A stretch of DNA of 64,000 nucleotides from Candidatus Parcubacteria bacterium (GTDB lineage Bacteria; Patescibacteriota; Minisyncoccia; UBA6257; 2-01-FULL-56-20): assembly GCA_027450205.1 (NCBI GenBank), contig DAIDJL010000004.1, positions 75,932 to 139,931 on the forward strand, given 5' to 3'. Positions 1 through 8,983 of this stretch are shown here, one piece after another. The stretch's first letter is position 1; every line of letters starts with the position of its first letter. The position numbers and the translations under genes are program-made. The notes under the pieces were generated by a model. It searched no databases, was not told where the DNA came from, and saw only the letters and a program-made list of their open reading frames with translations.

Positions 1-629
1 TTTTGACCGAGGCGCTCACGCACCGGTCGTACCTGAACGAATACCCTCGCTGGCCGCTTCCGCACAACGAGCGGCTGGAATATCTTGGCGACGCGGTCCT
101 CGAACTTCTCGTTTCCGAGGAGCTTTTTAAGAAATTTCCGTCGGAGCCGGAGGGGCAGCTTACCGTCTTCCGCGCGGCGCTCGTGAACTATCAGATATTG
201 GCAAAAGTGGCCGAGCGGATCGGCATGCAGAAATTCATCCTGATGTCGCGCGGCGAAAAGAAGGACACCGGCAAGGCGCGGGAGGTCATTCTGGCGAACG
301 CGATGGAAGCGCTGATCGGCGCGATCTATCTGGATCAGGGAATAGAAAAAATGCGGCCATTCGTCCATCAGTTCGTCATGGCCAATCTGGACGAGGTATT
401 GAAGAACAAGACGTATCGCGATGCCAAGAGTGAGCTGCAGGAAGTGATCCAGGAAAAATTGAAGCTCACGCCGACGTATCGGACGATCGAAGAGACGGGC
501 CCGGCGCACAAGCGCGTCTTTACCATGGGCGTCTATTATGGCGACAAATTGATCGCAAACGGCAGTGGTCCGTCAAAACAGGAAGCGGAGCTCGAGGCAG
601 CGAAGAACGCGCTCAAGAAACATAAGTAG
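1..629 (+). CDS. rnc: Ribonuclease III (5'-truncated by window edge)
   Basis: HNERLEYLGDAVLEL signature and C-terminal dsRBD (DAKSELQE...GPSKQEAE). Confidence 0.97.
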   Translation, partial: LTEALTHRSYLNEYPRWPLPHNERLEYLGDAVLELLVSEELFKKFPSEPEGQLTVFRAALVNYQILAKVAERIGMQKFILMSRGEKKDTGKAREVILANAMEALIGAIYLDQGIEKMRPFVHQFVMANLDEVLKNKTYRDAKSELQEVIQEKLKLTPTYRTIEETGPAHKRVFTMGVYYGDKLIANGSGPSKQEAELEAAKNALKKHK

Positions 630-631
630 TC

Positions 632-2953
632 ATGTCATCTTCTGAATCCCATTTTCTCAAGCGGCTCGAACTGAACGGGTTCAAATCCTTTGCGGGGAAG
701 ACCGTACTGGAATTTCCGGCGGGAATCGTGGCGGTCGTGGGGCCGAACGGTTCCGGTAAGTCGAACATCGTGGATGCCCTGCGGTGGCTTTTAGGTGAGC
801 GCGACGCGAAGAACCTGCGTGGCGCCAGGGTGGAAGATCTGATCTTTGCCGGCACCCAGAAGCGCGCTCGCGTCGGTATGGCGCAGGCGAGCCTTTATTT
901 CGAGAATAAGAACAAATTTTTTCCGGTGGACTTCGAAGAGGTGGTCGTATCGCGCCAGATCTCGCGCGACGGCGCGAGCAAATATTATCTGAACAAGTCG
1001 GAGATCCTTTTGCGCGACCTCATTGATTTTTTTGCCAAAGCGCGGCTGGGAAGCAAGGGGCTGATCATCATCGGCCAGGGCGACAGCGATCTTTTTATCC
1101 GTTCCACGCCGCTTGAGCGCCGCGAGATGATAGAGGAAATTTTGGGCCTGCGCGAATATCAGATCAAGAAAGCCGATGCCGAGCGGAGATTAAAGAATTC
1201 TAAAATAAATCTTGACAAAGTAACCGCGCTCATTGAAGAGATCGAGCCGCATTTGCGTTCGCTCAAGCGTCAGACCGGCCGTTGGGAACGCCGTGGCGCG
1301 CTGGAAGAAGAGCTGCGTGCGCTTGAAAACGCTTTTTTCGGCTCGCAGCTTCACGAGCTTGGTGACAAGAGCGCGCAGGTGGACGGGCGCATGGCGATGC
1401 ACGCTGCAGAGTACGGGAAGCTGGAAAAGGAAAAGAAAGCGGCGGAAACGCGCCAGGCGGCCATTGAAGAGAGTCAGCCGGAGGAGCGTAAACGTCTCGC
1501 AAAAATAAAAGAGGAGACGGCCGCGCTTATGGACGCGCGCAGCAGGCTGCAAAAGGACGTCGGCCGCATCGAGGCGCAGATAGAGATGGCCAAGCGTTCC
1601 GGCGCCGCGGGGGGAGGCGGTTCGCGCGGCAGCGCCGATCGTTTGGCGGAACACTTCATTGACGTTTTGGAAAAGATCAAAGCCGAGCTTGAGGCGGTGC
1701 TGAACGAGGAACCGCTTGCGGTACAGGCAGCAATAGAGACCGTGCTTGAGGAGATCGGGTTTGCGTTGGAAGAAAAAGACGAAGCGCCGCGCGCCGAAAG
1801 CGTAAAAGAGGGCGCCGTGCCGGATTCACTGCGTCGCGAGTTCGAATCGGCGGCGCATGACCTCGCTGAGATGGAAAAGAACATCTCGTCCTTGCGCGCG
1901 AAAGAGAAAGACCTTGAATCCAGCCAGGAAGATTTTTATTCCACATTCAAAGGCGCGGTTGCCGATGTTCAGCAGGCGCAAGGCAGGCTTGATGCGTGGG
2001 AAAAGACCAATCGCGAATTGTTGCTCGAAAAAGAGCGCATCGATCTCCGCCGTGAGGAAGTGTTGCACCAGATCGACCAGGCCGGCCGCCGTGCGGAGGA
2101 GTTCCGTGCAGATATGAATGAGGGAATGTCGCTTCAGGATGCCATCTCTGCGACCGCCGCCAGTGGTCTATCAGGTTTTGGCGGCAGTCTGCAGGATATG
2201 GAACGCCGCATTTTCCGTCTGCGCGGCGATCTGGCCAGCATCGGCGAAGTGGATCACGCGCTCATGAAGGAAGCAGAGGACACCGCCAAGCGCCATGAAT
2301 TTTTACTAAAAGAATCGGAAGACCTTAATAAGGCGGTGGCGGACCTTGGCGCGCTCATGCATGAGCTGAACGAGAAGATAAAGACCGAGTTCGATAGATC
2401 GCTCCACAAGATCAACGACGAATTCGCAAAATTTTTTGCGCTCATGTTTGACGGCGGTTCGGCAAAGCTAAAAGTGCTGAAACCAAAAGGGGAGCGAACC
2501 GCCGACGAGGACGAAGAAGAGGAGGGTGAAGATGCCGCGGGAGGCGCGGCAGCCGAAGAGGCTGAGCCGACCGAGGATGAGCTTTATCAGGAGAAGAACG
2601 GCGGCGTGGAAATCGAGATAAAATTGCCGCGCAAGAAAACGACGTCGCTTGATATGCTATCCGGCGGCGAACGGTCCCTCGTCGGCATCGCCGCGCTCTT
2701 CGCGATGGTGTCCGTCAGCCCGCCGCCGTTCCTTGTGCTTGACGAGATCGATGCGCCGCTCGACGAGCGCAATGCCCGCCGTTTTGGCACCATGCTCAAG
2801 GACTTTTCCAAGCGCACGCAGTTCATCGTCGTCACGCATAATCGCGCCACCATGGAAGCCGCCAATATTCTCTACGGCGTGACGCTCGCCGAGGACGGCA
2901 GTTCGAAAGTGGTGTCGCTCAAGCTGGAGCCGGAAGAAATTGCTACAAAATAG
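632..2953 (+). CDS. smc: Short SMC-family chromosome segregation ATPase
   Basis: GFKSF, Walker A GPNGSGKSN, LSGGE signature, Walker B LVLDEIDAPLD, coiled coil; only 773 aa. Confidence 0.92.
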   Translation: MSSSESHFLKRLELNGFKSFAGKTVLEFPAGIVAVVGPNGSGKSNIVDALRWLLGERDAKNLRGARVEDLIFAGTQKRARVGMAQASLYFENKNKFFPVDFEEVVVSRQISRDGASKYYLNKSEILLRDLIDFFAKARLGSKGLIIIGQGDSDLFIRSTPLERREMIEEILGLREYQIKKADAERRLKNSKINLDKVTALIEEIEPHLRSLKRQTGRWERRGALEEELRALENAFFGSQLHELGDKSAQVDGRMAMHAAEYGKLEKEKKAAETRQAAIEESQPEERKRLAKIKEETAALMDARSRLQKDVGRIEAQIEMAKRSGAAGGGGSRGSADRLAEHFIDVLEKIKAELEAVLNEEPLAVQAAIETVLEEIGFALEEKDEAPRAESVKEGAVPDSLRREFESAAHDLAEMEKNISSLRAKEKDLESSQEDFYSTFKGAVADVQQAQGRLDAWEKTNRELLLEKERIDLRREEVLHQIDQAGRRAEEFRADMNEGMSLQDAISATAASGLSGFGGSLQDMERRIFRLRGDLASIGEVDHALMKEAEDTAKRHEFLLKESEDLNKAVADLGALMHELNEKIKTEFDRSLHKINDEFAKFFALMFDGGSAKLKVLKPKGERTADEDEEEEGEDAAGGAAAEEAEPTEDELYQEKNGGVEIEIKLPRKKTTSLDMLSGGERSLVGIAALFAMVSVSPPPFLVLDEIDAPLDERNARRFGTMLKDFSKRTQFIVVTHNRATMEAANILYGVTLAEDGSSKVVSLKLEPEEIATK

Positions 2954-2962
2954 TTTTATCAG

Positions 2963-3011
2963 TGGTGGACCCGGGGAGAATCGAACTCCCGCCTCAGCAA
3001 TGCGAATGCCG
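2963..3011 (-). repeat. Duplicated 3' portion of tRNA-Ala (anticodon arm to CCA)
   Basis: Matches the tRNA at 3043-3088 except one T-loop base; ends in CCA. Confidence 0.9.
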
Positions 3012-3015
3012 ACCA

Positions 3016-3148
3016 ACGGTTTTGTTGCGGCTTACATTGTTGTGGACCCGGGGAGAATCGGACTCCCGCCTCAGCAATGCGAATGCCGCGTTATACCACT
3101 TAACTACGGGCCCAAAATTGGTCTCATAGTAAGCCGCAACAAAACCGT
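3016..3148. repeat. Perfect 20-bp inverted repeat (3016-3035 / 3129-3148) enclosing tRNA-Ala
   Basis: ACGGTTTTGTTGCGGCTTAC and GTAAGCCGCAACAAAACCGT. Confidence 0.95.
3043..3113 (-). tRNA. tRNA-Ala(CGC)
   Basis: Cloverleaf GGGCCCG..CGGGTCC-A; anticodon arm CGGCA-TTCGCAT-TGCTG; T-loop TCCGATT (variant); no encoded CCA. Confidence 0.88.
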
Positions 3149-3182
3149 ATTAATCTGTTAATGTGCGCCTCTTGGGCGCAAC

Positions 3183-3200
3183 CCACTTAACTACGGGCCC
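3183..3200 (-). repeat. Duplicated 5' 18 nt of tRNA-Ala
   Basis: GGGCCCGTAGTTAAGTGG identical to the tRNA 5' end. Confidence 0.85.
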
Positions 3201-3283
3201 TTATTACTGACTGATTATAAAGAAATTAAGAGGAATTTCAAGCTGCCGCATGTAAGCAATAGAGGTTTGCTATCATTAAATGA

Positions 3284-3610
3284 ATGGGAAGCAACCTGAT
3301 TTTGCCGGAGAATCCTACCTTGCGTGATCTGCAATCGTACGTCGCCGCGATGGTCAAAGAGCGGGGATTCGAGAAAGAGACCGTACCGGAGATCTTTATG
3401 CTGCTTATGGAAGAGTGCGGCGAGATGGCGAAGGCGGCGAGGAAGAGCCAGAACATTCACACCGACAAAAATTCGGAAAAATTCCATCTTGATCACGAGG
3501 CGGTGGATGTTCTCGTGTACCTGCTCGATATTTGTAACCATTTTAATATCGATCTCGAAAAAGCGTTCAGAGAAAAGGAGGAGATCAATAAGAAAAGAAG
3601 ATGGGAATAA
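3284..3610 (+). CDS. MazG-like nucleotide pyrophosphohydrolase
   Basis: LMEECGEMAKA...HEAVDVLVYL all-alpha NTP-PPase motif. Confidence 0.85.
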   Translation: MGSNLILPENPTLRDLQSYVAAMVKERGFEKETVPEIFMLLMEECGEMAKAARKSQNIHTDKNSEKFHLDHEAVDVLVYLLDICNHFNIDLEKAFREKEEINKKRRWE

Positions 3611-3712
3611 TTTCCCTCACGGGTCCGATCCCGCACCCTCCATTTGCTATAATTAAATCAATACAAAAGGTCGATTTGTCGGACGGATTTTATAAAGATT
3701 TAATTAATTACC

Positions 3713-4396
3713 ATGGTTGTACAAAATTGGACGGATGTGGTGGTGGGTTCGCTTCAGAACCTCTGGTGGGGAGTTGTCAATTATCTGCCGAACCTGATCG
3801 GGGCACTTGTGGTGCTGATCATCGGCCTGATCGTGGCGGCGGGATTGGCGGCACTCGTGGAGAAGATCCTTGAAGCGTTCCGGCTGGATGTGTTCCTGGA
3901 GAAGATCGGGCTGAAGCCGATCTTTGAGCGCGCCGGGGTCAAGCTGCGCGCGGCGTACTTCTTCGGCAAGCTCGTGTACTGGTTCGTCATCGTTGCGTTC
4001 CTCGTGGCGATCACGGACAGTCTGCAGCTCTATGCGTTGTCGGTGTTCCTCGGGTCGGTGCTTAACTACTTGCCGAACGTGATTGCGGCGGTGCTCATCA
4101 TGCTTGCGGCGTTCATCGTGGCGCACTTCCTGCGCAAGCTCGTGACGGCGTCGGTGATGAGCGCGAAGCTTCACTCGGGACCGTTTCTCGGCATCGTCAC
4201 ATATTGGGCGATCGCCGTGTTCGGCGTTCTGACCGCGCTCGCGCAGTTGAACATCGCGACGGAGATCATTCAGACGATCGTCACCGGATTCATCGCGATG
4301 CTCGCGCTCGCCGGCGGCCTGGCCTTTGGCCTTGGCGGCAAGGACTATGCGAATCATCTGCTGAACAAGCTGAAAGATCGCACCGAGAATCATTAA
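3713..4396 (+). CDS. TM-helix-repeat membrane protein (CmpX/MscS-associated)
   Basis: Repeated YLPNLIGA/YLPNVIAA and C-terminal LAFGLGGKD. Confidence 0.8.
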   Translation: MVVQNWTDVVVGSLQNLWWGVVNYLPNLIGALVVLIIGLIVAAGLAALVEKILEAFRLDVFLEKIGLKPIFERAGVKLRAAYFFGKLVYWFVIVAFLVAITDSLQLYALSVFLGSVLNYLPNVIAAVLIMLAAFIVAHFLRKLVTASVMSAKLHSGPFLGIVTYWAIAVFGVLTALAQLNIATEIIQTIVTGFIAMLALAGGLAFGLGGKDYANHLLNKLKDRTENH

Positions 4397-4398
4397 GC

Positions 4399-4469
4399 AA
4401 AAAGTCCCTCTCTTTGAACGTAAATGCCACCGAGGGCGGTGAGCGTTCAAAAAGAGAGGGGCTTTTTGT
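4399..4469. terminator. Long bidirectional terminator hairpin
   Basis: AAAAAGTCCCTCTCTTTGAACG...CGTTCAAAAAGAGAGGGGCTTTTT between convergent genes. Confidence 0.7.
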
Positions 4470-4502
4470 TTAGCCTTGTCATGTGTAGGATCGCCCGCAA
4501 AA

Positions 4503-5303
4503 TTAAAGGCGGACAAGTCTGAATTTGACGTCAGTTCCAAACCACTTCATCGATAATATTTTCGTCGCGGCCGTAAGGTCGGTGACGAGAAATTCGCGGC
4601 GCTTGTTCTTGCCCAATCTCTTTACTATTTTCGGATGCCGCCCGAGATAATCCGCAAGTTTTGCCGAGATAATTTCATCTTGAGAAATTACTTTGATATC
4701 CGGCCCGCATATTTCCTTTATCTGTTTTTTTAAGATAGGATAGTGCGTGCACCCCAAGATCAATGCATCGATATTTTTTCTCGATAGCGGCTGCAGATAC
4801 GAGTGCAATATCGGATCGGCGAACTCAATAGCGTTGCTTTCGATGAGCGGCACGAGCAGGGGAGCGGCTTGCTGGAAGATCGACACATCCGGGCGAATTT
4901 TTTTGAGTTCTCTTATATATGCGCGCGAGTCGACCGTTCCTTGTGTCGCAAGAACGCCGACTCGCTTTATTTTATGATCTTTTAATGCCGCCTCGGCCGT
5001 CGGAATAATGATTCCCAAAACTCTGCGTTTTGGATAGTGTCTCGGAAGATATTCTTGCTGTACTTTCCGAAGCGCCTCCGCGGATGCGGTATTGCAGGCG
5101 ACGATGATCAATTCGCAATCGTGAGCGAATAAATAATCCACCGCTTCTTTCAAAAATTTGTAGACCGTCTCGTGAGAGCGATTACCGTATGGCACCCGCT
5201 GGGTATCGCCAAGATACACATAATCATACTGCGGCAATTCTTTGACGAGCGCCTTTGTGACGAACAGCCCGCCCAGTCCAGAATCAAAAATCCCTATCTT
5301 CAT
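4503..5303 (-). CDS. murI: Glutamate racemase
   Basis: FDSGLGG, VACNTAS, LGCTHYP. Confidence 0.97.
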   Translation of the reverse strand: MKIGIFDSGLGGLFVTKALVKELPQYDYVYLGDTQRVPYGNRSHETVYKFLKEAVDYLFAHDCELIIVACNTASAEALRKVQQEYLPRHYPKRRVLGIIIPTAEAALKDHKIKRVGVLATQGTVDSRAYIRELKKIRPDVSIFQQAAPLLVPLIESNAIEFADPILHSYLQPLSRKNIDALILGCTHYPILKKQIKEICGPDIKVISQDEIISAKLADYLGRHPKIVKRLGKNKRREFLVTDLTAATKILSMKWFGTDVKFRLVRL

Positions 5304-5343
5304 GTTGTTTATACTATAGCGAAGTAATCAATGGTGAGGAAGG

Positions 5344-5488
5344 CTGCCCGCATGAGCTTTGAAGGAGTTCGCGGAGGTGATGCCGGCTTGGTCGCTCATT
5401 CTTATGAGCGCGGCATCGCCGAGCGCACAGGCTGGCGCGCGCCGCAGGAGCGCGCGAACAGCCGGTCATTCAAAGCTCATGCGGGCAG
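5344..5488 (+). repeat. Structured repeat copy 1 (101-nt core inside perfect 20-bp IR)
   Basis: IR 5344-5363/5469-5488; core 5366-5466 is 88/101 identical to reverse complement of 7397-7497. Confidence 0.9.
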
Positions 5489-5535
5489 AGTCCGTCATCC
5501 TTGACCTTTCGCGTCCATTTTGTATAATGGAACCC

Positions 5536-5913
5536 ATGTTGGCCATTAAATTACAACGCATCGGAAAGAAGCATCAGCCGAGCTATCGCGTGGTTGTTGC
5601 GGAAAAACGCTCAAAGATGGCGGCTCCGCCGGTGGAGGATCTTGGTTCGTATGATCCGCGCACCAAGGCGACGACCGTCAATAAGGAGCGCGTTTTGCAC
5701 TGGGTAAAGATGGGGGCGCAGCCGACCGTCACTGCGCATAATCTTTTAATAAAAGGCGGGGCGATCACCGGAGCACCTCGTGCGGTAAAAATGCCGAAGG
5801 CGGTTGCCAAGCCGATAGCGGAGGAAAAAGCAGGGGCGCCTGCAGCGGAAGGGGCGGTTGTCGCGAAGGAAGTGTCCGTGGCAGAAGCAGCTCCGGAAGC
5901 CGCTGCGGGATAG
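5536..5913 (+). CDS. rpsP: 30S ribosomal protein S16 with Ala/Glu-rich tail
   Basis: MLAIKLQRIGKKHQPSYRVVV...LGSYDP...GAQPT. Confidence 0.95.
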   Translation: MLAIKLQRIGKKHQPSYRVVVAEKRSKMAAPPVEDLGSYDPRTKATTVNKERVLHWVKMGAQPTVTAHNLLIKGGAITGAPRAVKMPKAVAKPIAEEKAGAPAAEGAVVAKEVSVAEAAPEAAAG

Positions 5914-6039
5914 TTAACCGCGCCGCCGGCATCGTTTGACATATAACTTAATATACCGTATAATTCTATCATTCAATACTGTTTTCATGGCACGGTCATC
6001 GAAATGTAACGAAAAGGTCGCAAGATACACAGAACTTCA

Positions 6040-6354
6040 ATGACGAATTTATCTTCAGCAGACCAGGAATTTCTCGAGTATTTGGTAAAATCCCTCGTGG
6101 ATCATCCGGATGATGTGAAGGTCGACCGCAAGGTCGACGAGATGGGCGTATTGCTCTCGCTCCACGTGAACGCCCAGGATATGGGGCAGGTCGTCGGCCG
6201 ACAGGGTGCGACGGCAAAGGCTATCCGCTCGCTTTTAAGGATCGTCGGCGTCAAGAACAACGCCCGCGTGAACCTTAAGATCGAAGAGCCGGAAGGCGTT
6301 GCCCGCGCGCCGCGCGCGGATCGGCCGGTAATGCCGGAAGAGGGAACTGCATAA
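6040..6354 (+). CDS. khpA: KH-domain RNA-binding protein
   Basis: LVDHPDDV, DMGQVVGRQGATAKAIRSLL; follows rpsP. Confidence 0.9.
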   Translation: MTNLSSADQEFLEYLVKSLVDHPDDVKVDRKVDEMGVLLSLHVNAQDMGQVVGRQGATAKAIRSLLRIVGVKNNARVNLKIEEPEGVARAPRADRPVMPEEGTA

Positions 6355-6367
6355 TCTATTTTCCCTG

Positions 6368-6394
6368 AAAGCCGCCCGTCATCGGGCGGCTTTT
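6368..6394 (+). terminator. Intrinsic terminator
   Basis: GCCGCCCG-TCAT-CGGGCGGC-TTTT. Confidence 0.8.
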
Positions 6395-6463
6395 GGTTTG
6401 CTTGCTGATAAAGATAACTTTTGATACGATAGTGGACAGTAACTATCTTACCCAGAAAGGTAT

Positions 6464-6724
6464 TTGGTTCACATGTGCCTTATCAAGCAGAGCTTGGATC
6501 AAATCAATATCCTTGGCGTTCCGCTAATGGGACGTATTATTCTGGAGACACACACTCCGGAAACGAAGAAAGATCCCGCGTTGCGCCAGGAGATCAAGGA
6601 CACGGTATTGGGCGGACGCAATGACATGGCTCTTCACCTCGCTGGCTGCGATAAGTGCCAGGCAGAGATCGCGCGACGGCGTCAGATTCCTCGGGATGCT
6701 ATGCTTTCTCTGACAATTGCCTGA
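6464..6724 (+). CDS. Small hypothetical protein with HxxxCxxC motif
   Basis: 86-aa ORF; HLAGCDKC resembles a zinc-binding zf-HC2 motif. Confidence 0.5.
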   Translation: MVHMCLIKQSLDQINILGVPLMGRIILETHTPETKKDPALRQEIKDTVLGGRNDMALHLAGCDKCQAEIARRRQIPRDAMLSLTIA

Positions 6725-6805
6725 CCCCAAACAGGCACACGCATTATGGGCAATCCGCATCCACGGGTTGCCCATAAATTTATTTATGCTATTATTACAA
6801 CCGTT

Positions 6806-7369
6806 ATGGCACTCGCATATACCGACTTAACCAAAGGAGTTTTGTTCATTATGGACGGCGCGCCGTACGAGGTCATCGAGACCCATTTCTTGCGCATGCA
6901 GCAGCGCAAGGCCGTCGTGCAGACCCGCATCCGCAACCTCATCACGGGCAAGCTTTTGGACCGCAATTTTCAGGCGAGCGATTCGTTCGAAGAGGCGGAG
7001 ATCGAGCGCAAGCACGCGATCTTCATCTATGAGAGCAAAGGACAATACTGGTTCCACGAAGAGAACAACCCGAAGGCGCGTTTCGCGCTCGAGGCAGACG
7101 TTCTCGGAGAACAAGGCCGCTTCCTCAAGCCGAACATCCGCGTGCAGACGATGGTGTTCAATGAAAAAGTGATCCAGGTGGAGATTCCGGTCAAAATGGA
7201 ATTCAAAGTGGTGGAAGCGCCGCCGTCGCTCAAGGGCAACACCGCGCAGGGCGGCAACAAGGTGGTGACGATCGAAGGAGGCGCAAAGATCTCCGCGCCG
7301 CTCTTCATCAACGAGGGCGACATGATCCGCGTGAACACGCAGACGGGGGATTACGTGGAACGGGTGTAG
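6806..7369 (+). CDS. efp: Elongation factor P (Arg-type loop)
   Basis: MQQRKAVVQTRIRNL, PLFINEGD, TQTGDYVERV. Confidence 0.95.
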   Translation: MALAYTDLTKGVLFIMDGAPYEVIETHFLRMQQRKAVVQTRIRNLITGKLLDRNFQASDSFEEAEIERKHAIFIYESKGQYWFHEENNPKARFALEADVLGEQGRFLKPNIRVQTMVFNEKVIQVEIPVKMEFKVVEAPPSLKGNTAQGGNKVVTIEGGAKISAPLFINEGDMIRVNTQTGDYVERV

Positions 7370-7371
7370 GA

Positions 7372-7522
7372 GCTCTTTTCAAATCATTCTCTCGGAACCG
7401 GCGGTCCGCGCGCTCCTGCGGCGCGCGTCCGCCTGTGCGCTCGGCAATCCTGCGCTCATCGGAATGAGCGACCAAGCCAGGATTGCCTCCGCGAACTTCC
7501 TCGAGGATAATTTGAAAAGAGC
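7372..7522 (-). repeat. Structured repeat copy 2 (inverted), enclosed by a different ~20-bp IR
   Basis: IR 7372-7391/7503-7522 (2 mismatches); core 7397-7497. Confidence 0.9.
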
Positions 7523-7595
7523 CGGGATTAAAAAAGGAAAAGGCGCGACATAATGCCGCGCCCCCTCTAACGAGATCCACGCAATAGAGGATTAG

Positions 7596-7751
7596 CTAAC
7601 GTTTCTCTATCGCAAACTTGATGCTGACCAGGGCCGTTGTCACAGCTAGTCCAGTTGCAAAACTGCAAAGTCTTACATTGTGGGAAATAGCAAAGTGGAT
7701 AGCGCAGGCGCTATTTATTCCCGCCAGCACTGCAAAGAGCGTTGATCGCAT
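7596..7751 (-). CDS. 51-aa hydrophobic small protein (absent from ORF track)
   Basis: MRSTLFAVLAGINSACAIHFAISHNVRLCSFATGLAVTTALVSIKFAIEKR; GAGGTG SD, TTGACA-17-TATAAC promoter, terminator at 7531-7565. Confidence 0.55.
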   Translation of the reverse strand: MRSTLFAVLAGINSACAIHFAISHNVRLCSFATGLAVTTALVSIKFAIEKR

Positions 7752-7789
7752 AAAACACCTCGCAAGAGTTATAGATTATAAACATAGAA

Positions 7790-8950
7790 ATGTCAAGTTT
7801 TCATAAAACGGTCTTCGTCGGGATGTCGGGCGGGGTGGACAGCTCCGTCGCGGCGCATTTGCTTAAAAAACAGGGCCATAACGTCGTGGGCGTGTTCATG
7901 AAGTGCTACAACATCGACGGGTGTGCCGAAACGGATGCGGAGGACGCGCGCCGCGTGGCGGAGCACATCGGCATCCCGTTTTACGTGTGGGATTTTGAGA
8001 CTGAATATAAGGATCGCGTGGTGCAATACATGATAGAGGGCTATCGCGCCGGGATCACGCCGAACCCGGATGTGATGTGCAACCGTGAGATCAAGTTCGG
8101 ATTGTTCTTGGAGAAGGCCCTCGCGAGCGGCGCGGACTACGTGGCAACGGGACACTACGTGAAGCTGAAGGCAGATACTCAAAAAATTAAGTCGCCGGCT
8201 TCGCATAAATCACAAAATGTGATTTATAAACTATACCAAGCGGACGATTCTAATAAAGACCAGTCATACTTTTTGTGGACGCTCGGGCAGAAGCAGCTTG
8301 CGCGTTGCCTCTTCCCGATCGGCGATTATGAAAAGCCGCGCGTGCGTGAGATCGCGCGGCGCGCTGGATTGCCGACGGCGGAAAAGAAGGACTCGCAGGG
8401 CATCTGCTTTTTGGGAAAATTCTCGCTGGATGATTTTTTGAAGGAATATATTCCGGAGCATCGCGGTGTGCTTATGACGACCGCAGGCGAGAAGATCGGT
8501 GAGCATTCCGGCGCGGAGTTCTATACCATCGGCCAGCGGCACATTGATGCGGACTTTGCGTTTCCAAAGACGGGGCCGACCGGCAACGGCGGTGCGGGCG
8601 CGGCGCGAAAGCCGCTGTACGTCGCACGCAAGGATGTGGCGACGAACACGGTCGTGATGGCGGAAGGGAGCGACGATCCGGCGCTGTATCGGAACGAAGT
8701 TGAACTTACACAAATGAATTTTATTTCCGGCGTGAAAATAGTCGGCGATGGAGCGGTTGGCGCTGGGTCGCTGCCGGTCCGCGCCCGCGTCCGCTACCGC
8801 CAGCCGCTTTCGGATGCGACGCTTTCGCGGCTGGAAAATGGGAATTATAAACTTGCCTTCGCGTCACCGCAGAAATTCGTGGCCGAAGGCCAGTCGGCGG
8901 TGTTTTATGGCGCGGACGGCGAGATGCTCGGTGGCGGAGTCATCCTTTGA
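7790..8950 (+). CDS. mnmA: tRNA 2-thiouridylase
   Basis: MSGGVDSSV, TPNPDVMCN, ATGHY, KDQSYFL, DSQGICF. Confidence 0.97.
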   Translation: MSSFHKTVFVGMSGGVDSSVAAHLLKKQGHNVVGVFMKCYNIDGCAETDAEDARRVAEHIGIPFYVWDFETEYKDRVVQYMIEGYRAGITPNPDVMCNREIKFGLFLEKALASGADYVATGHYVKLKADTQKIKSPASHKSQNVIYKLYQADDSNKDQSYFLWTLGQKQLARCLFPIGDYEKPRVREIARRAGLPTAEKKDSQGICFLGKFSLDDFLKEYIPEHRGVLMTTAGEKIGEHSGAEFYTIGQRHIDADFAFPKTGPTGNGGAGAARKPLYVARKDVATNTVVMAEGSDDPALYRNEVELTQMNFISGVKIVGDGAVGAGSLPVRARVRYRQPLSDATLSRLENGNYKLAFASPQKFVAEGQSAVFYGADGEMLGGGVIL

Positions 8951-8983
8951 TTCCGCGCGCCGTGAGTGCTAAAATATGCCTAT

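Noticed and set aside
5359-5535. N-terminal extension of S16 in the ORF track
   Set aside because: Runs through the structured repeat and promoter; S16 homology begins at 5536.
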